From Octopus bimaculoides (lineage: Eukaryota): 64,000 nt of DNA. Of the stretch, positions 49,923-62,071 are shown piece after piece. The translations under genes were made by a program, and so were the position numbers. The notes beneath the pieces are model-generated. The model had not been told where the DNA came from. It did not search any database and worked only from the letters and a program-made list of their open reading frames with translations. Numbering within the stretch: the first letter of the stretch is position 1; each line of letters begins with the position of its first letter. The stretch lies in contig NC_068982.1 of the NCBI RefSeq assembly GCF_001194135.2, positions 15,789,974-15,853,973 on the forward strand, in the 5' to 3' direction.

Positions 49923-52900
49923 CATTCATACATACACACACATTAGCATATAACCGTGTTTATATAAACGTATGAATGTATACATGTATGATTCATACAG
50001 GTAGTAAACACATGCACATGCATACATGCACACAGACACAGATGCGTACATGCATATCTGCATACAGACGAAAGCATTCTCTAGAGGACTCCGAAACTAA
50101 AGGTGTGTTCACTCAACTGTGAAAGAATTATATGTAAATGTAAATATTACAGTAAAAAGTCCATAGGTCAAACGAAAAATATTATTATTGGAACTGTAAT
50201 TCGTTAAGTCAAGCGGATTATACAATTACTGTATAAGCATTAAAGAAGAGAGAGACAGAGGGAGAGTAGTGGGGGTTTACATGGACATAAATGTATGCAA
50301 TTCAGAATAAATTCTTATATATGAAACAGCATCAACATATTACACAGGTGGTGGTGTTGTAGAAGTCGGTCTATGATTCTGTAGTGTAGCAGTTTTTTGT
50401 TTTAGATTAGGCTTTTTTAGATATATATTTATGTTGTTTTATCTGCTTTTGTGGTTGTTGTTGTTGTTGTTGTTTGGCATCAAGTCCACTTTCGAGTTCT
50501 TCGGATGTGTGGTAAGAAGCTTCCTTCATAACTACATGCTTCTGGGTTCAGTCCCACCTTGGGCAAGTGCCTTCTACTAGAGCCCCAGGCCATCCAAGGC
50601 CTTGTGAGTGGATTTGGTAGACAGAAACTGAAAGAAGCCCGTTGTGTATATGTGTGTGTTTGTGTTTGTCCTCCACCACCACTGACAACCAGTGTTGGTC
50701 TGTTTATGTCCACAGAATGTAGCAGTTTAACAAAAGAACTGATAGAGGGAGTACCAGGTTTTAATAAAATAAGTACTGGCGTTGATAGCTTCAACTAAAA
50801 ATTCTTCCAGGCAGTGCCCTAGCATGGCCACAGTCTATGAATGATTATCAAAATTCCGTAAATAGTTAACATTCAATTTTATTTATTCATTCCAATTATG
50901 AATGTTTAATAATTGAATGCTGTGAGGTCTCGGATAGAATAACTTTTTGTTTTAATCTTGGAATTAAATGGTTTTGATTTACAGCCAGGTGACTTTTGGT
51001 CAATCCTGTATATATATATATATACATATGACGGGGTCTTTCTGTTTCCGTCTACCAATTCCACTCACAAGGATTTGGTTGGCCCGAAACTATAATAGAA
51101 TACATACACACACATATCCTCTGTGAGTATATGTGTGTATGTGTGTGCATGTACAAGGGAAGTATGCGAATGTTTGTAAGTGTGATTATTAAGTACTTTA
51201 TTCATATATAAAACACTACAATTAGCTGTCACTATTGATGGCACGTGGTCAGCTAGTACTAAATATTACTGTAAGATGTTTAGCTCAGTATTATAATATT
51301 TCTGTCAACCCATTGCCCTCAATGATTTTAAAACATTAAACAATTCATTACCAAAATCACACAATGCAATCACCACATTTACATACAATATACAATGGAG
51401 ATATATAACTTAGTCACAAGTTGGTGTCATGAATTTTGCGGATGGGAAAACTGAATTGATTAAGATTGACTCTCCAGTTTCTTGCTGGCACCTATTTTAT
51501 GAATCCCAGAAAAACGAAAGGGTAAGTCAGTCTTGACAGAGTTCAAACTCATCTTGGAAAGAGAAAAAGATATGATTACACCCAGCAAAAGTAGTTCGGC
51601 CATCGCTCTATATTATCTCTACACCTACCTTTGGAGTATAATATATTATTAGCATTGCATTCACTGACATCCTATAATTATGGAAAGCTACACTTAATAT
51701 CTTAAGATAATTCAGATTCAAGCCATTATTCTGTTTCATCTGGGAGGCCAGCAGCTTAACCTTTCATTCTTTCAAGACCAATAAGAATGTATTCGATCGA
51801 TTGATCGACCATATAACTCTTCTAAGTAAATAAATAAATAAATAAAAGAAAGAAAGAAAAAAAAAAGCAAAGGACATCTTTTGCCTTTTGAAAGAATTAT
51901 TTTTGTCCGTTCTTTATCTCTTACTTGTTTTCAGTCATTAGTGTGTGGCTATGCTGGGGCATCGTCTTGAAGGATTTTTAGTTGAATGAATTGACCCCTT
52001 AGTATTTTTTAAAGCCTGGTAGTTATTCTATCAGTCTCTTTTGCTGAACTGTTAAGTATGGTGGATGTAAACACACCAACACCAGTTATCAAGTGGAGGG
52101 TGGGGGACAAACTCAGACGTAAATACGCACACACACACACACTCACACATGTACAATGGGTTTTTTTTCAGTTTCTGTCAACCAAATCCACTCACATGGC
52201 TTTGGTCATCCCAGGGCTATAGTAGAAGACACTTGCTCCATGTGCCACACAGTGGGACTGAACCCAGAACCACATGGTTTGGAAGCAAGCTTCTTACCAC
52301 ACAGCCAAGCCTGCACCACTTTATATTTATCCAAGAATAAAGGCAGAAATAACAGAACGTTGGGTTCGATATTTTTTTATCTGAGTCCTACTTTACAAAT
52401 ATGGATACTAATCATAATAAAGTTAATATTACCTTTGATATTTCAGAGATTAATTAATCATATATTGGTAATATATCATAATTGATTCAAGTAATTAAGA
52501 CACAGACAATAAAAAAAATCTATCTTTAACTTCTGTTGTGTGTGCGGAGAGTCATTCTCTTTTAGTGCCTTATAATTTAACACATTCACCAGTCTGATTT
52601 CCACTCATTTACTTATTTATCCACTCACAAGGCTTTGGTCAGCCTGAGGCTATAGTAGAAGACACTTGCCCAAGCTGCCATGCAGTGGGACTGAACCCAG
52701 AACCATGTGGTTCGTAAGCAAGCTACTTACCACACACCCACTCCTACGCCTATACTGGCTGCCTTTTAAATGACACTGGCATATGTGCCACTGGCATGGG
52801 TGCCTTCTACGTGCCACCAGCACTGGCCATGGCTATGATTTTTCACTGAGCCTTAACACCGACTAAAGGCGGTGCTCCAGCATGGCCACAGTCAAATGAC

Positions 52901-53139
52901 TGAAACAAGTAAAAGAGTACACTCTTGGAGCAGTTAGCATCAAGAATGACATCCAGCAATAGAAACCAAGCCAAAACGGACTGGTGCCTGGTGCAACTCT
53001 CTGGCTTACTATCTCCAACCAATCTTTTAATTGACAATAAACCTATTTGTTAAATACTGTTAAATAAATAAATGTAAAAATATATGTTATTTTAAGCAAA
53101 TATTTATGTATAAATTTCATAANNNNNNNNNNATAAAAA

Positions 53140-53236
53140 GTATTTGCTGTCCACGGACCCCCGTCTTGTCCTTGCGGACCCCGTCTTGTCCTTGCGGACC
53201 CTCTGTGGTCTGCGGACCACAGTTTGAAAACTGCTG
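53140..53236. mobile_element. End of a hAT (Charlie-like) MITE inside a family C element
   Basis: The reverse complement CAGCAGTTTTCAAACTGTGGTCCGCAGACC is TIR-like. Internal 20-bp tandem duplication at 53161-53200. The other end is obscured. Confidence 0.55.
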
Positions 53237-53478
53237 GTCTAACCCATGCCAGCATGGAAAAACAGATGAAGATGGTGACGATACTGATGACATCATTGGA
53301 ATCTGAAAGCTATGATTAATTCAAACAATGTGAATAGACAAGAATTATATTTCACAAAGTATTTTGAAAGGCAAAGGGTTAAAAGTAAAGAATTCTCCAA
53401 ACTTTATAAATTAGAGTTACCATGTTTTTGCTTTCCTTTGTTTTTTTTTTCCTGATATTAATTTGGTTCAATTTTCAG

Positions 53479-55496
53479 GCTGATTCTAAGGAGCATATCT
53501 ATGTCCTGGACCCTTTGCCACCACCAACTCTGCGTAACAAGGAAGAGACACCTCCTTCATCCGTTTCATCCCCTAACAGATACAGCTCTTCCTCGTTGTC
53601 GTCCCTGGAACTAAACTTTCCCGAACACCAACCACCACCTCCGCCACGCCCCATCGAATTAATCATGGAGTCACTACCCGCAACCCCACCACGAACTTCC
53701 CCGCCTCCAATCTCCACCGTACTAACACCGCCTCCACCTCCCCCACTCCTACCACCTACAGGTGCCCCTCCACCACTGCCACTAACAACACCTCCACCAC
53801 TGACATCACCTCCGCCTCCACTGCTGCCTACATCACCATCACCGTCATCATCAGTGCCACAGACTCTCTCTGCAGCTGCTGCGGCAGCAGTTGTCACAAC
53901 CAAACTAGCTCCAGGACAACATTTAGACACCAGCATCTCAACAGAATCCCCACCTATTCCATTACGGGAAAATAAACGCAATTTGATGAATAGAAACATT
54001 ACACACCGGTTCTCCTTTTCTGATTTTGGTACAGTTCAAACTAACATTCCTTCTACGTCTCATTTGGCGGCATTACATCCTGAAATAAATAAAAGAGCTC
54101 TTCGGGTAAAATCTGAAGTTTATCACAACACACCGCCATCATATCATTCTGTGGTGTCCCGAGAGAATTCAGAAAGCAATGAAATCGTATATGTCAGCGA
54201 CAGAGACAATAATTTTCAATGCAGGGAACAAAATGACAAAACATTCGGTGGGTCAAGAGACAGTATAGAAAGCGAGCATTCTTGGGAAGGAGATAACATA
54301 TATGGCTATACTTGTGATGGACGTACTTTGATCCCCAATTCCAAGACCGATCTTGTTTATTCTTACCCAGCTAATTTCAAAGTTTGTGATTTTCAGAAGT
54401 ATGTCATTCATAGATCTCAAGAATTAACCACTTCTGATGATAATACTTCATTTCATCAAAAGAAATATTTGAAAGATAGCGCCAGTGAAGAAACCAATGC
54501 TAATTCTGCTGTGTTACCATCTTCTACAAACTTTTTTCCAGATTCTTCACCTTTTAAATGTGCTAGTTCTCCCACGTCACCACAATCGAAAAAATATCAT
54601 AAACTCTCTTCTCGGGAAATGAAAGAAATTGACTCACTGCCATGGTTTCCTGGTTTCGGTGCCAAACCAGACCAAAGCCGTCTTTCATCATCAATGTTTA
54701 ATTCTTCAAGTTCTGGTGTAAGTTATGAACTTCAGTTAGAGAATGCTGAGCAAAATGCTACAAACATCATTAACAATAATGTGACGTGCACCTCATGCAA
54801 ACATAGAAATTGTCTTTCTTCTGCCAATTTCCCAAAGAATGGTATTAATTCAATTGCTAAACCAGAACAAATACTTTACAATAGGGAATTCCTTTCAGAA
54901 AACCTTGATCGGTTGAGCTTAGCTCCAAATAATCAAAATTCAAGATATTCAAACAGTAATATCAGTTCAGATGACGACCTTCACATGCAAAACAGCCAAC
55001 ATATGCAAAACAGCCAACATATGCAAAACAGCCAACATGTGCAAAACAGCCAACATGTGCAAAATAGCCAACATGTGCAAAATAGCCAACATGTGCAAAA
55101 CACGCAACATTCAGCACCGGTAGCTTTACCTCCTCAACCCCAAATCCCTGCTAAACCACCTGTAAATATTCCTCCTGCGCAAGAAGAGCCTGAAGATGTT
55201 ATGCCTCCTTTACCTCCTCCTCGAATACCCAGACGTAGTGATATCTTTCCTCCACGGAGACCACCCCGTCCTAACAGCTTTGTTCCTAAATCTCGCGATC
55301 AGCAAACTGAGAACGATTTAGAAACTGCTTCTTCGGATGAAAGCTTGGACAATGCTCCTCATTTTGTTACAAATCTAGCCATGAGTCAAGTTTTACAACT
55401 CAAAGAAGAGCTCAAAAAAACAAATGGCTTGACAATTTCTGTATCTCGAACAGATATATATAACATTGCTTTCGTGGAATATGCTAAGAAAATTTG
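53479..55496 (+). CDS. Coding exon 4 (2018 nt): Pro/Ser-rich linker, HxQNSQ repeats, start of PDZ-like domain 1
   Basis: Lies within the 692-aa ORF 53422..55500. Acceptor attttcAG at 53477-53478, donor TG/GTAAGT at 55497. Confidence 0.92.
54982..55107 (+). repeat. In-frame coding minisatellite, 7 x 18 bp, H(M/V)QN(S/T)Q
   Basis: ca(c/t)(a/g)tgcaaaa(c/t)agccaa units inside exon 4. Confidence 0.95.
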
Positions 55497-55790
55497 GTAA
55501 GTTCTCATTCTTTATCATCTTTCAACGTTATATTTCAAAATTCTTTCAATAATTTCCATACAAAGTGATTAAATTTATCTCAAAATTAATTCTTGTGTTT
55601 CAAATAATTCTATCTATCAATCGTTCTATCTATCTATTTGTCTGTCTAGCTATCTATCTCTCTCTCTATATATATATACATAGAGAGAGATATATAAACA
55701 TACATACATAAACACAAATACAGTGCACACACACACACACATGTATAAATGTAATCATGGCGATTTTGTTTTTCTCTTTTTTACTTCCAG

Positions 55791-56031
55791 GGTTGCTGGC
55801 TGGAATCAAAGAGAATGCCCTAATCTTTACCATATTTTACATGTTGGGGATGAACTTCTCTGCTTGAACAAAGTCACTGTTGATTCTATATCTTGGTTAA
55901 AATCCCTTATAAAAAAATCAAACCAGTTTGATTTGGAAATAAAAAGAATACCAAAGGGTCAATTATATATAATCAAAAAAGAAGTTGAAGGACAGTCCCT
56001 TGGTATACAAAATGATTCCAAAACCGGAGAA
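55791..56031 (+). CDS. Coding exon 5: (W)VAGWNQRECPNLYHILHVGDELLCLNKV...KKEVEGQSLGIQNDSKTGE (PDZ-like 1 and start of PDZ-like 2)
   Basis: Acceptor ttacttccAG at 55789-55790 and donor GTGAGT at 56032. Contains the LHVGDELL.LN PDZ signature and a GQSLGI carboxylate-loop-like motif. Confidence 0.9.
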
Positions 56032-56629
56032 GTGAGTAATAAGATAATTGTTTGCTTTCTTTAATTTTTGTTATTATCATTAATGTTATTTTTTTATCAT
56101 TAATAAGATGGTGAGTAGAATGGTGAGCTGGCTGAATTGTTAGCATGCTGGACGAAATTGCATAGCAATATTTCATCTGTTGTTACATTCCGAGTTCAAA
56201 TTCCACTGTGGGAGACTTTCCCTTTCATCCTTTCAGGGTCGATAAATTAAGTACCAGTGACACACTGGAGTTGATATAATCGACTAGTCCCCTCCCCAAA
56301 AATTTCGGGCCTTGTGCCTTTAGTAGAAAAGATTATTATTATTATATAACATGCTTCTGGCATTATGAAGAGCATCCTGTTGTAGAAACCATGCCAAAAC
56401 CAGACAGTAGATATAGATGCAGTCCTCTGGCTTGTCATCTCCTGTCAAAGCATCCAACACTTGGTAGCATAGAAAGCAGGCCTTAAATGATGATGATAAA
56501 GAAGAAGAGGATGATGATGTTAGTAGGGATGCTGTCTTGAGGTTTACTGACAAGTCTATGCAGATCTCAAGAACCTTTCTCTGGATTGCACTTTTCTTCA
56601 GGTTGACAATACAAGTCTCAATTCCAATC

Positions 56630-57200
56630 ATCATCATCATCATCATTGTTTGACATCTGCTTTCCATGCTAGCATGGGTTGGACTATTTGACTGAGAACT
56701 GGTGAACCAGAAGGCTGCATCAGGCGCCAATCTGATTTGGCAGAGTTTCTACAGCTGGATGCCCTTCCTAATGCCAACCACTCCGAGAGTGTAGTGGGTG
56801 CTTTTACGTGCCACCGGCACGAGGGCCAGTCACATGGTACTGGCAACGGCCATGCTCAAAATGGTGTTTTTTACGTGCCACCTGCATGGGAGCCAGTCCA
56901 GCGGCACTGGCAGCGACCTCGCTCGAATGATTTTCTAACGTGCCACCAGCACAAGTGCTAGAAGGTGACACTGGTAATGATTACGCTCAAATGGTGCTAT
57001 TTACGGGCCACTAGCATGGAAGCCAGACAGCTGCTATGGCAATGAACACGCTCGGACAGTAGTGTTAGTGCTTCACTGGCGCAGGTGCCAGTCAACGAGT
57101 ATTGTTCAATTACGATTTCGATTTCACTTGCTCCAACAGGTCTTCACAAGCAGAGTTTAGTGTTCAAAGAAGGAGAGGTTGGCATGGGTGCCAGTCGGTT
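56630..57200 (-). mobile_element. Family C retroposon with four 65-67 bp hairpin subrepeats
   Basis: acgtgccacc-like anchors at 56806, 56873, 56938 and 57003, and a (CAT)n tail at 56630. Confidence 0.85.
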
Positions 57201-57239
57201 CGATTACGATTTCAGATTTAAAATTTAAAATTCCAATAT

Positions 57240-57640
57240 CCTTTAAATTTCTTAAGTAGCTGTTTGCACCAACTTTCACTGGAATAATTGTCATCTTAGT
57301 CTTCCACAACCTCTTCATCATTCTGGTTAGGTCCTGTTATTCCTTAATTTCTTGCCATTTCATATCAACTCTGTTATCTACTGGTTCTCCAGAGTCTATG
57401 ATTTTACTCTGTCAGTTTATTTTGTTCACCACAATCATATCTAGTTTTCTTGCTTCAATTGTATGGCAAGACTTATTGGGGAAGGCCTTTAAAATCCTAT
57501 AATTATTTTTCTCCATCATAGCCTCTGATTTCTGTCCATACCACTTTGCTTTTGTTCTGAAACCATTCTGCTGGCACCATGTCAAAAGCACTGATGCTTG
57601 TGTCATGCAAAAAACATACATTACACTCTGCAAAAGTGGT
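57240..57640 (-). mobile_element. R4/Dong-like non-LTR retrotransposon endonuclease remnant
   Basis: The minus frames read KWYGQKSEAMMEKNNYRILKAFPNKSCHTIEARKLDMIVVNK, then IIDSGEPVDNRV...QDLTRMMKRLWKTKMTIIPVKVGA, similar to the RLE PD..D..K region. Confidence 0.75.
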
Positions 57641-58526
57641 TTTGCTTAAGGAAGGGTATCCAACCATACAAACCGTACTAAAACAGATGACTGAAGCCTG
57701 GTGCAGCCCTCCAGTTTGCCAGCTCCTCTCAAGCCATCCAACCCATGCCAGCATGGAAAACAGACGTTAAATGATGGTGATGATGGTAGCACTCATCTAA
57801 CATCCCAATGTGGTCTTTACTGCATTTATACACTTTTTGCTATAGAAACCACTACATGCTACTTTATTCAAGAGAGATCATATTCTGAGGTTTGGTGCTA
57901 AAAAAGTCTTCTCAAATCTCAAGAATTTATTTTTAGGATTTTTCATGAAACTGTAAGGTAGAATAAAACTAAAATGTCCCTTACCTGAAAAAACCAATAA
58001 GGGTTTGCAGCAGAAAGGGCATCTAGCTGTATAAAAAATAAATAAATGCGCCCTTTTTAAAGCCTAGCCAGGCTCATGGGCCCAGTTTCCCGGTTACAAT
58101 GGCGTATGTGTTCCCCAGCTGGACGGGATGCCAGTCCATCGCAGCGTTACTCATTTTTGCCAGCTGAGTGGACTGGAACACCCTAACCACTCAACCACGT
58201 GCCTCCACATCTAGCTGTATAATGATACCTTAATAACAAGTATTCATCTGATCCATGCTAACATGAAAACCAGGCATAAAACAAACAAATTTAGCTTGGA
58301 ATGTGTATGGCCATGCTGATAATCTTTGATACTTAAACCAGATATTAAAAACATCAATAAAATCACTATCAAAAATATTCATCCTTACAGCATGTTTTTC
58401 TCCAGTGCTTAATTAATCAGCTTTTATGTTATTTTCAGTCTCCAAACATTATTCGTATTTTTTTTTTCAATCATTAACATTTTATCAAAATTGTTATTGT
58501 TAGTTTTTAAACCATTGTTATTTTAT

Positions 58527-58561
<35 letters not shown>

Positions 58562-58749
58562 TAACTTCTAAGGTTACTTGTTGTAGCCTGATGTTAGGAA
58601 TTTTTTTCTTTTCCAACAGTCTAATCTGTTGTGTGTATATGAATAATAATAATATCCAGGAGTTATGATAAAACCTGTGATAAAAAGAAAAATAATAATT
58701 ATTATTATTGTTGTTATTATCAATATTATCATCATTACTATTATGGTTA

Positions 58750-58786
<37 letters not shown>

Positions 58787-58803
58787 CATTATTATATTTC
58801 TAG

Positions 58804-58947
58804 ATTCTTTCTGTTGAACCTTCGGGCTTAGCTGGCAGACAAGGCATGCAATCAACTCCAGGTAACAAGACGAAAGATAAACTGAATCACTGGGTATTCA
58901 CAGAAATTAACAGTCGACCATTAAATCTGTTTGCAAATTACACACAG
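58804..58947 (+). CDS. Coding exon 6: ILSVEPSGLAGRQGMQSTPGNKTKDKLNHWVFTEINSRPLNLFANYTQ (PDZ-like 2)
   Basis: Acceptor tatttctAG at 58802-58803, 48 open codons, donor CAG/GTAAGG at 58948, phase 0 on both sides. Not in the ORF track. Confidence 0.85.
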
Positions 58948-60126
58948 GTAAGGTTCTGAAATTTATTGCCAAATTCATCAAATTTAAAATTCAGGTAGTA
59001 AATTGGTGCAGAAGTGCAGTTGTTGCTTTGTGGTTAACAAGATTGCTTTGTGTCCATTTAGTACAGAAAATTGTATATATATATATATTGTCGTCATCAA
59101 CGTCATTGTTTAACATCCATTTTCCATGCTGGCATGGGTTGGACAGTTTGACTGGGGACTGGCAAGCCAGGAGGCCGCACCTGACTCCAATCTGATCTGG
59201 CAATGTTTCTACAGATGGATGTCAACCTAATGGATGCTTCCTAATGCCAACCACTTCGAGAGTGTACTGGGTACTTTTTAGGTGGCACCGGCATGTAAGC
59301 CAGTCAGACGGTACTGGCATCAGCCACGTTCTGATGGTGCTTTTTACGTGCCATTGACACAGGATCCAGTCAGGGCAAGGGAGCTGGCATCGACCACGTT
59401 TGGATGGTGTTTTTTACGTGCCATATATATGTATATATAGCATGGCTGTGTGGTAAGAAGCTTGGTTCCCAACTACATGGTTGCAGGTTCAGTCCATTGC
59501 GTGGCACCTTGGGCAAGTGTCTCAGGTCAACCAAAACCTTGTGAGTGGATTTGGCAGATGGAAACTGAATGAAGCCTGTCATGTATATAAATATATATAG
59601 TCATATATATATATTTGTGTGTGTGTCTTTGTTCCCCCTCTCCCATCGCTACTTGACAACCAGTGTTGGTGTGTTGACATCCCTGTAACTAAGCAGTTTG
59701 GCAAAAAGACCTATAGAATAAATACGAGTATTAAGAAATGAGTCCTGGGGTTGATTTGTTCAGCTAAAGCCCTTCAATGTGGTGCTCCAGCATGGCCAAT
59801 GTCAAATGACTGAAACAAGTAAAAGAATAAAGGAATAAAAGAATGTATGTATGTGTCTAGAACCTTTATGCTAGTCCATGTGAAATGACTCCGAGCTAGT
59901 CTTCATGAAAGGCTTGCTTGCTGGTCCATGTAAAAAGCACCCATTTCAGTGCCCCAAGAAAACTGACCAGCACACTCTGTAAAATGGTTGGCATTAGGAA
60001 GGGCATCCAGCTGTAGAAACCATGCCAAAGCAAACTTAGCAGATCTGGTCAAACTGTCCAACCCATTCCAGCATGAAAACAGATGATAAATGACAACAAA
60101 GATGATATATATGTATGTATTGATAG

Positions 60127-60373
60127 ACAGCGATGAGGAAATAATTTTATCATCAAACAAAGAGTGATGCTAATAATATAGCATGAACAGGATAAACTAT
60201 TCAAATTTTGCAGAAAAATCTGTCTGTGGACACGTAATCACAAGGATGTGAGTTCATGTCTCCTCATGGCTGGCCATCAACAGATTTTTCTGCAAAATAT
60301 GGATACTTTGTCCTATTCATGCTATATTATTAGCTTCACCCTGCGTTTGAGAAAAAATTTATTTCCTTATCTG
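60127..60373. repeat. Foldback element with arms of about 100 bp
   Basis: gtgatgctaataatatagcatgaacaggataaactattcaaattttgcagaaaaatctg pairs with cagatttttctgcaaaatatggatactttgtcctattcatgctatattattagcttcac, with weaker pairing further out. Confidence 0.85.
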
Positions 60374-62071
60374 TAGTATCTTTCAATACATCTCAACGCA
60401 AACTTTTTTGACTTTCAATATAAGCTGAATTTGTATGTATGTATACTTAAAGCTAAACATATCAAACACTAAACATAAAATTTTGATCTGTTTCTACACC
60501 TGCTGTTAAAATTTGAAGTAATTTGAACAAGAACTGGCAAAGTTATCAGACTGCAAAATGATATCAAATTTTTTGAAATACCCTGTATATATGTATATAT
60601 TTTTATCTAGAGGGAGAGAGAGAGACATATATTCTTTTATTCCTTTACTGGTTTCAGTCATTTGACTGTGGCCATGCTGGAGCACTGCCTTTAGTCAAAC
60701 AAATTGACCCCAGAACTTATTCTTTGTAAGCTTAGTACTTATTTTATCAGTCACTTTTGCAGGACCACAAAGTTACGGGGACGTAAGCACATCGGTTGTC
60801 AAGTGATGGTGGGGGAACAAACACAGACACACACATATATATGTGTGCGTGTGTATATATATATATATATACAACAGGCTTCTTTCAGTTTCCATCAACC
60901 AAATCTACTCANNNNNNNNNNNNNNNNNNNNNNNNNNNNNNNNNNNNNNNNNNNNNNNNNNNNNNNNNNNNNNNNNNNNNNNNNNNNNNNNNNNNNNNNN
61001 NNNNNNNNNNNNNNNNNNNNNNNNNNNNNNNNNNNNNNNNNNNNNNNNNNNNNNNNNNNNNNNNNNNNNNNNNNNNNNNNNNNNNNNNNNNNNNNNNNNN
61101 NNNNNNNNNNNNNNNNNNNNNNNNNNNNNNNNNNNNNNNNNNNNNNNNNNNNNNNNNNNNNNNNNNNNNNNNNNNNNNNNNNNNNATATATTATGAAATA
61201 AGCTAGATAGATACATAAGTATTATATTGCCCGATGTATCTTTTCTTAAATGTTGAAGAAAACATTGAAACTTATAAAATAGTGAAATATGACCGACAAA
61301 AAAAGAAAATTAAATAACTTCTAGAATATATGAAAGACCAAAATAAATAATGAAATAACATTAAAATGTTCAATAACTTTTAAACATTTTATAATAAAAA
61401 AAATAATCAAAAGTTGTGAAATGTGAAAACAATTTGTTGTTTTTGTTTCATATTTCTGAACATTTGTATAATTTCTATAAAATGATAATTACTATACCAA
61501 TATCGTCATGACAACGAAAGTGATTGTAAGTTAAGATTGGTTGGTAACAGAAGTGACAATGAAATGAATATGTTTAATGATGGAGACAAGGAAAAAGAGA
61601 GAAGGTGATTGTTGCAGAGAGAGAGAGAGGGTGGGGGTGGGGGGTAGAGCTGTGGTATTCAAAACAGACAATAAAAGCGACAGTTTTATTCAAATATATT
61701 GAAATCAGAAATTTTAAGATTTTGTCATCGTTTCAGTTTGATCCAAAAGTTATTTAGAGTTTTTGATTTCATATATAAATAAATGCGATTTGTGTGACAA
61801 TCATTCTAATATCTAATATGGAAGATGAAAATAGTAATATCACCTACAGGATACAAATGCTGTGCCTATTGTTAACCGTATAATCAACACTAGATTAACA
61901 TTAAGCAAAATAAGCATGTACTGAGGGAGACAACATAGATATGGTAAATGGTTTACGGCACAAAAGAAATTACTTTAATCCTTTAACCCTTCATTTTTGA
62001 ACTGGCTATATCTGGCCAAAATATTCTACCTGTTTCATGTTCAAACCAGCCAGATCTGGTCTCTTATTCTA

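Larger units (their letters stand above)
15204..58947 (+). other. Multi-exon gene for an uncharacterised PH-domain / Pro-rich / tandem PDZ-like scaffold protein (3' end not found in window)
   Basis: Six exons joined by GT-AG introns of 13720, 20308, 3831, 294 and 2772 bp. Phases match at every junction, giving 2793 nt (931 codons) with no stop. Confidence 0.9.

Noticed and set aside
53283-53320. Other CTGATGA...GAAA matches (also near 62829 and 41948 minus)
   Set aside because: No helix II or III pairing and no correctly placed NUH. These are chance matches.
53422-53478. ORF-track start MFLLSFVFFFLILIWFNFQ as a signal peptide
   Set aside because: It is the intronic polypyrimidine tract before the acceptor at 53477-53478.
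53499-53999. 166-aa Gly-rich minus-strand ORF
   Set aside because: It is the antisense shadow of the poly-Pro part of exon 4.
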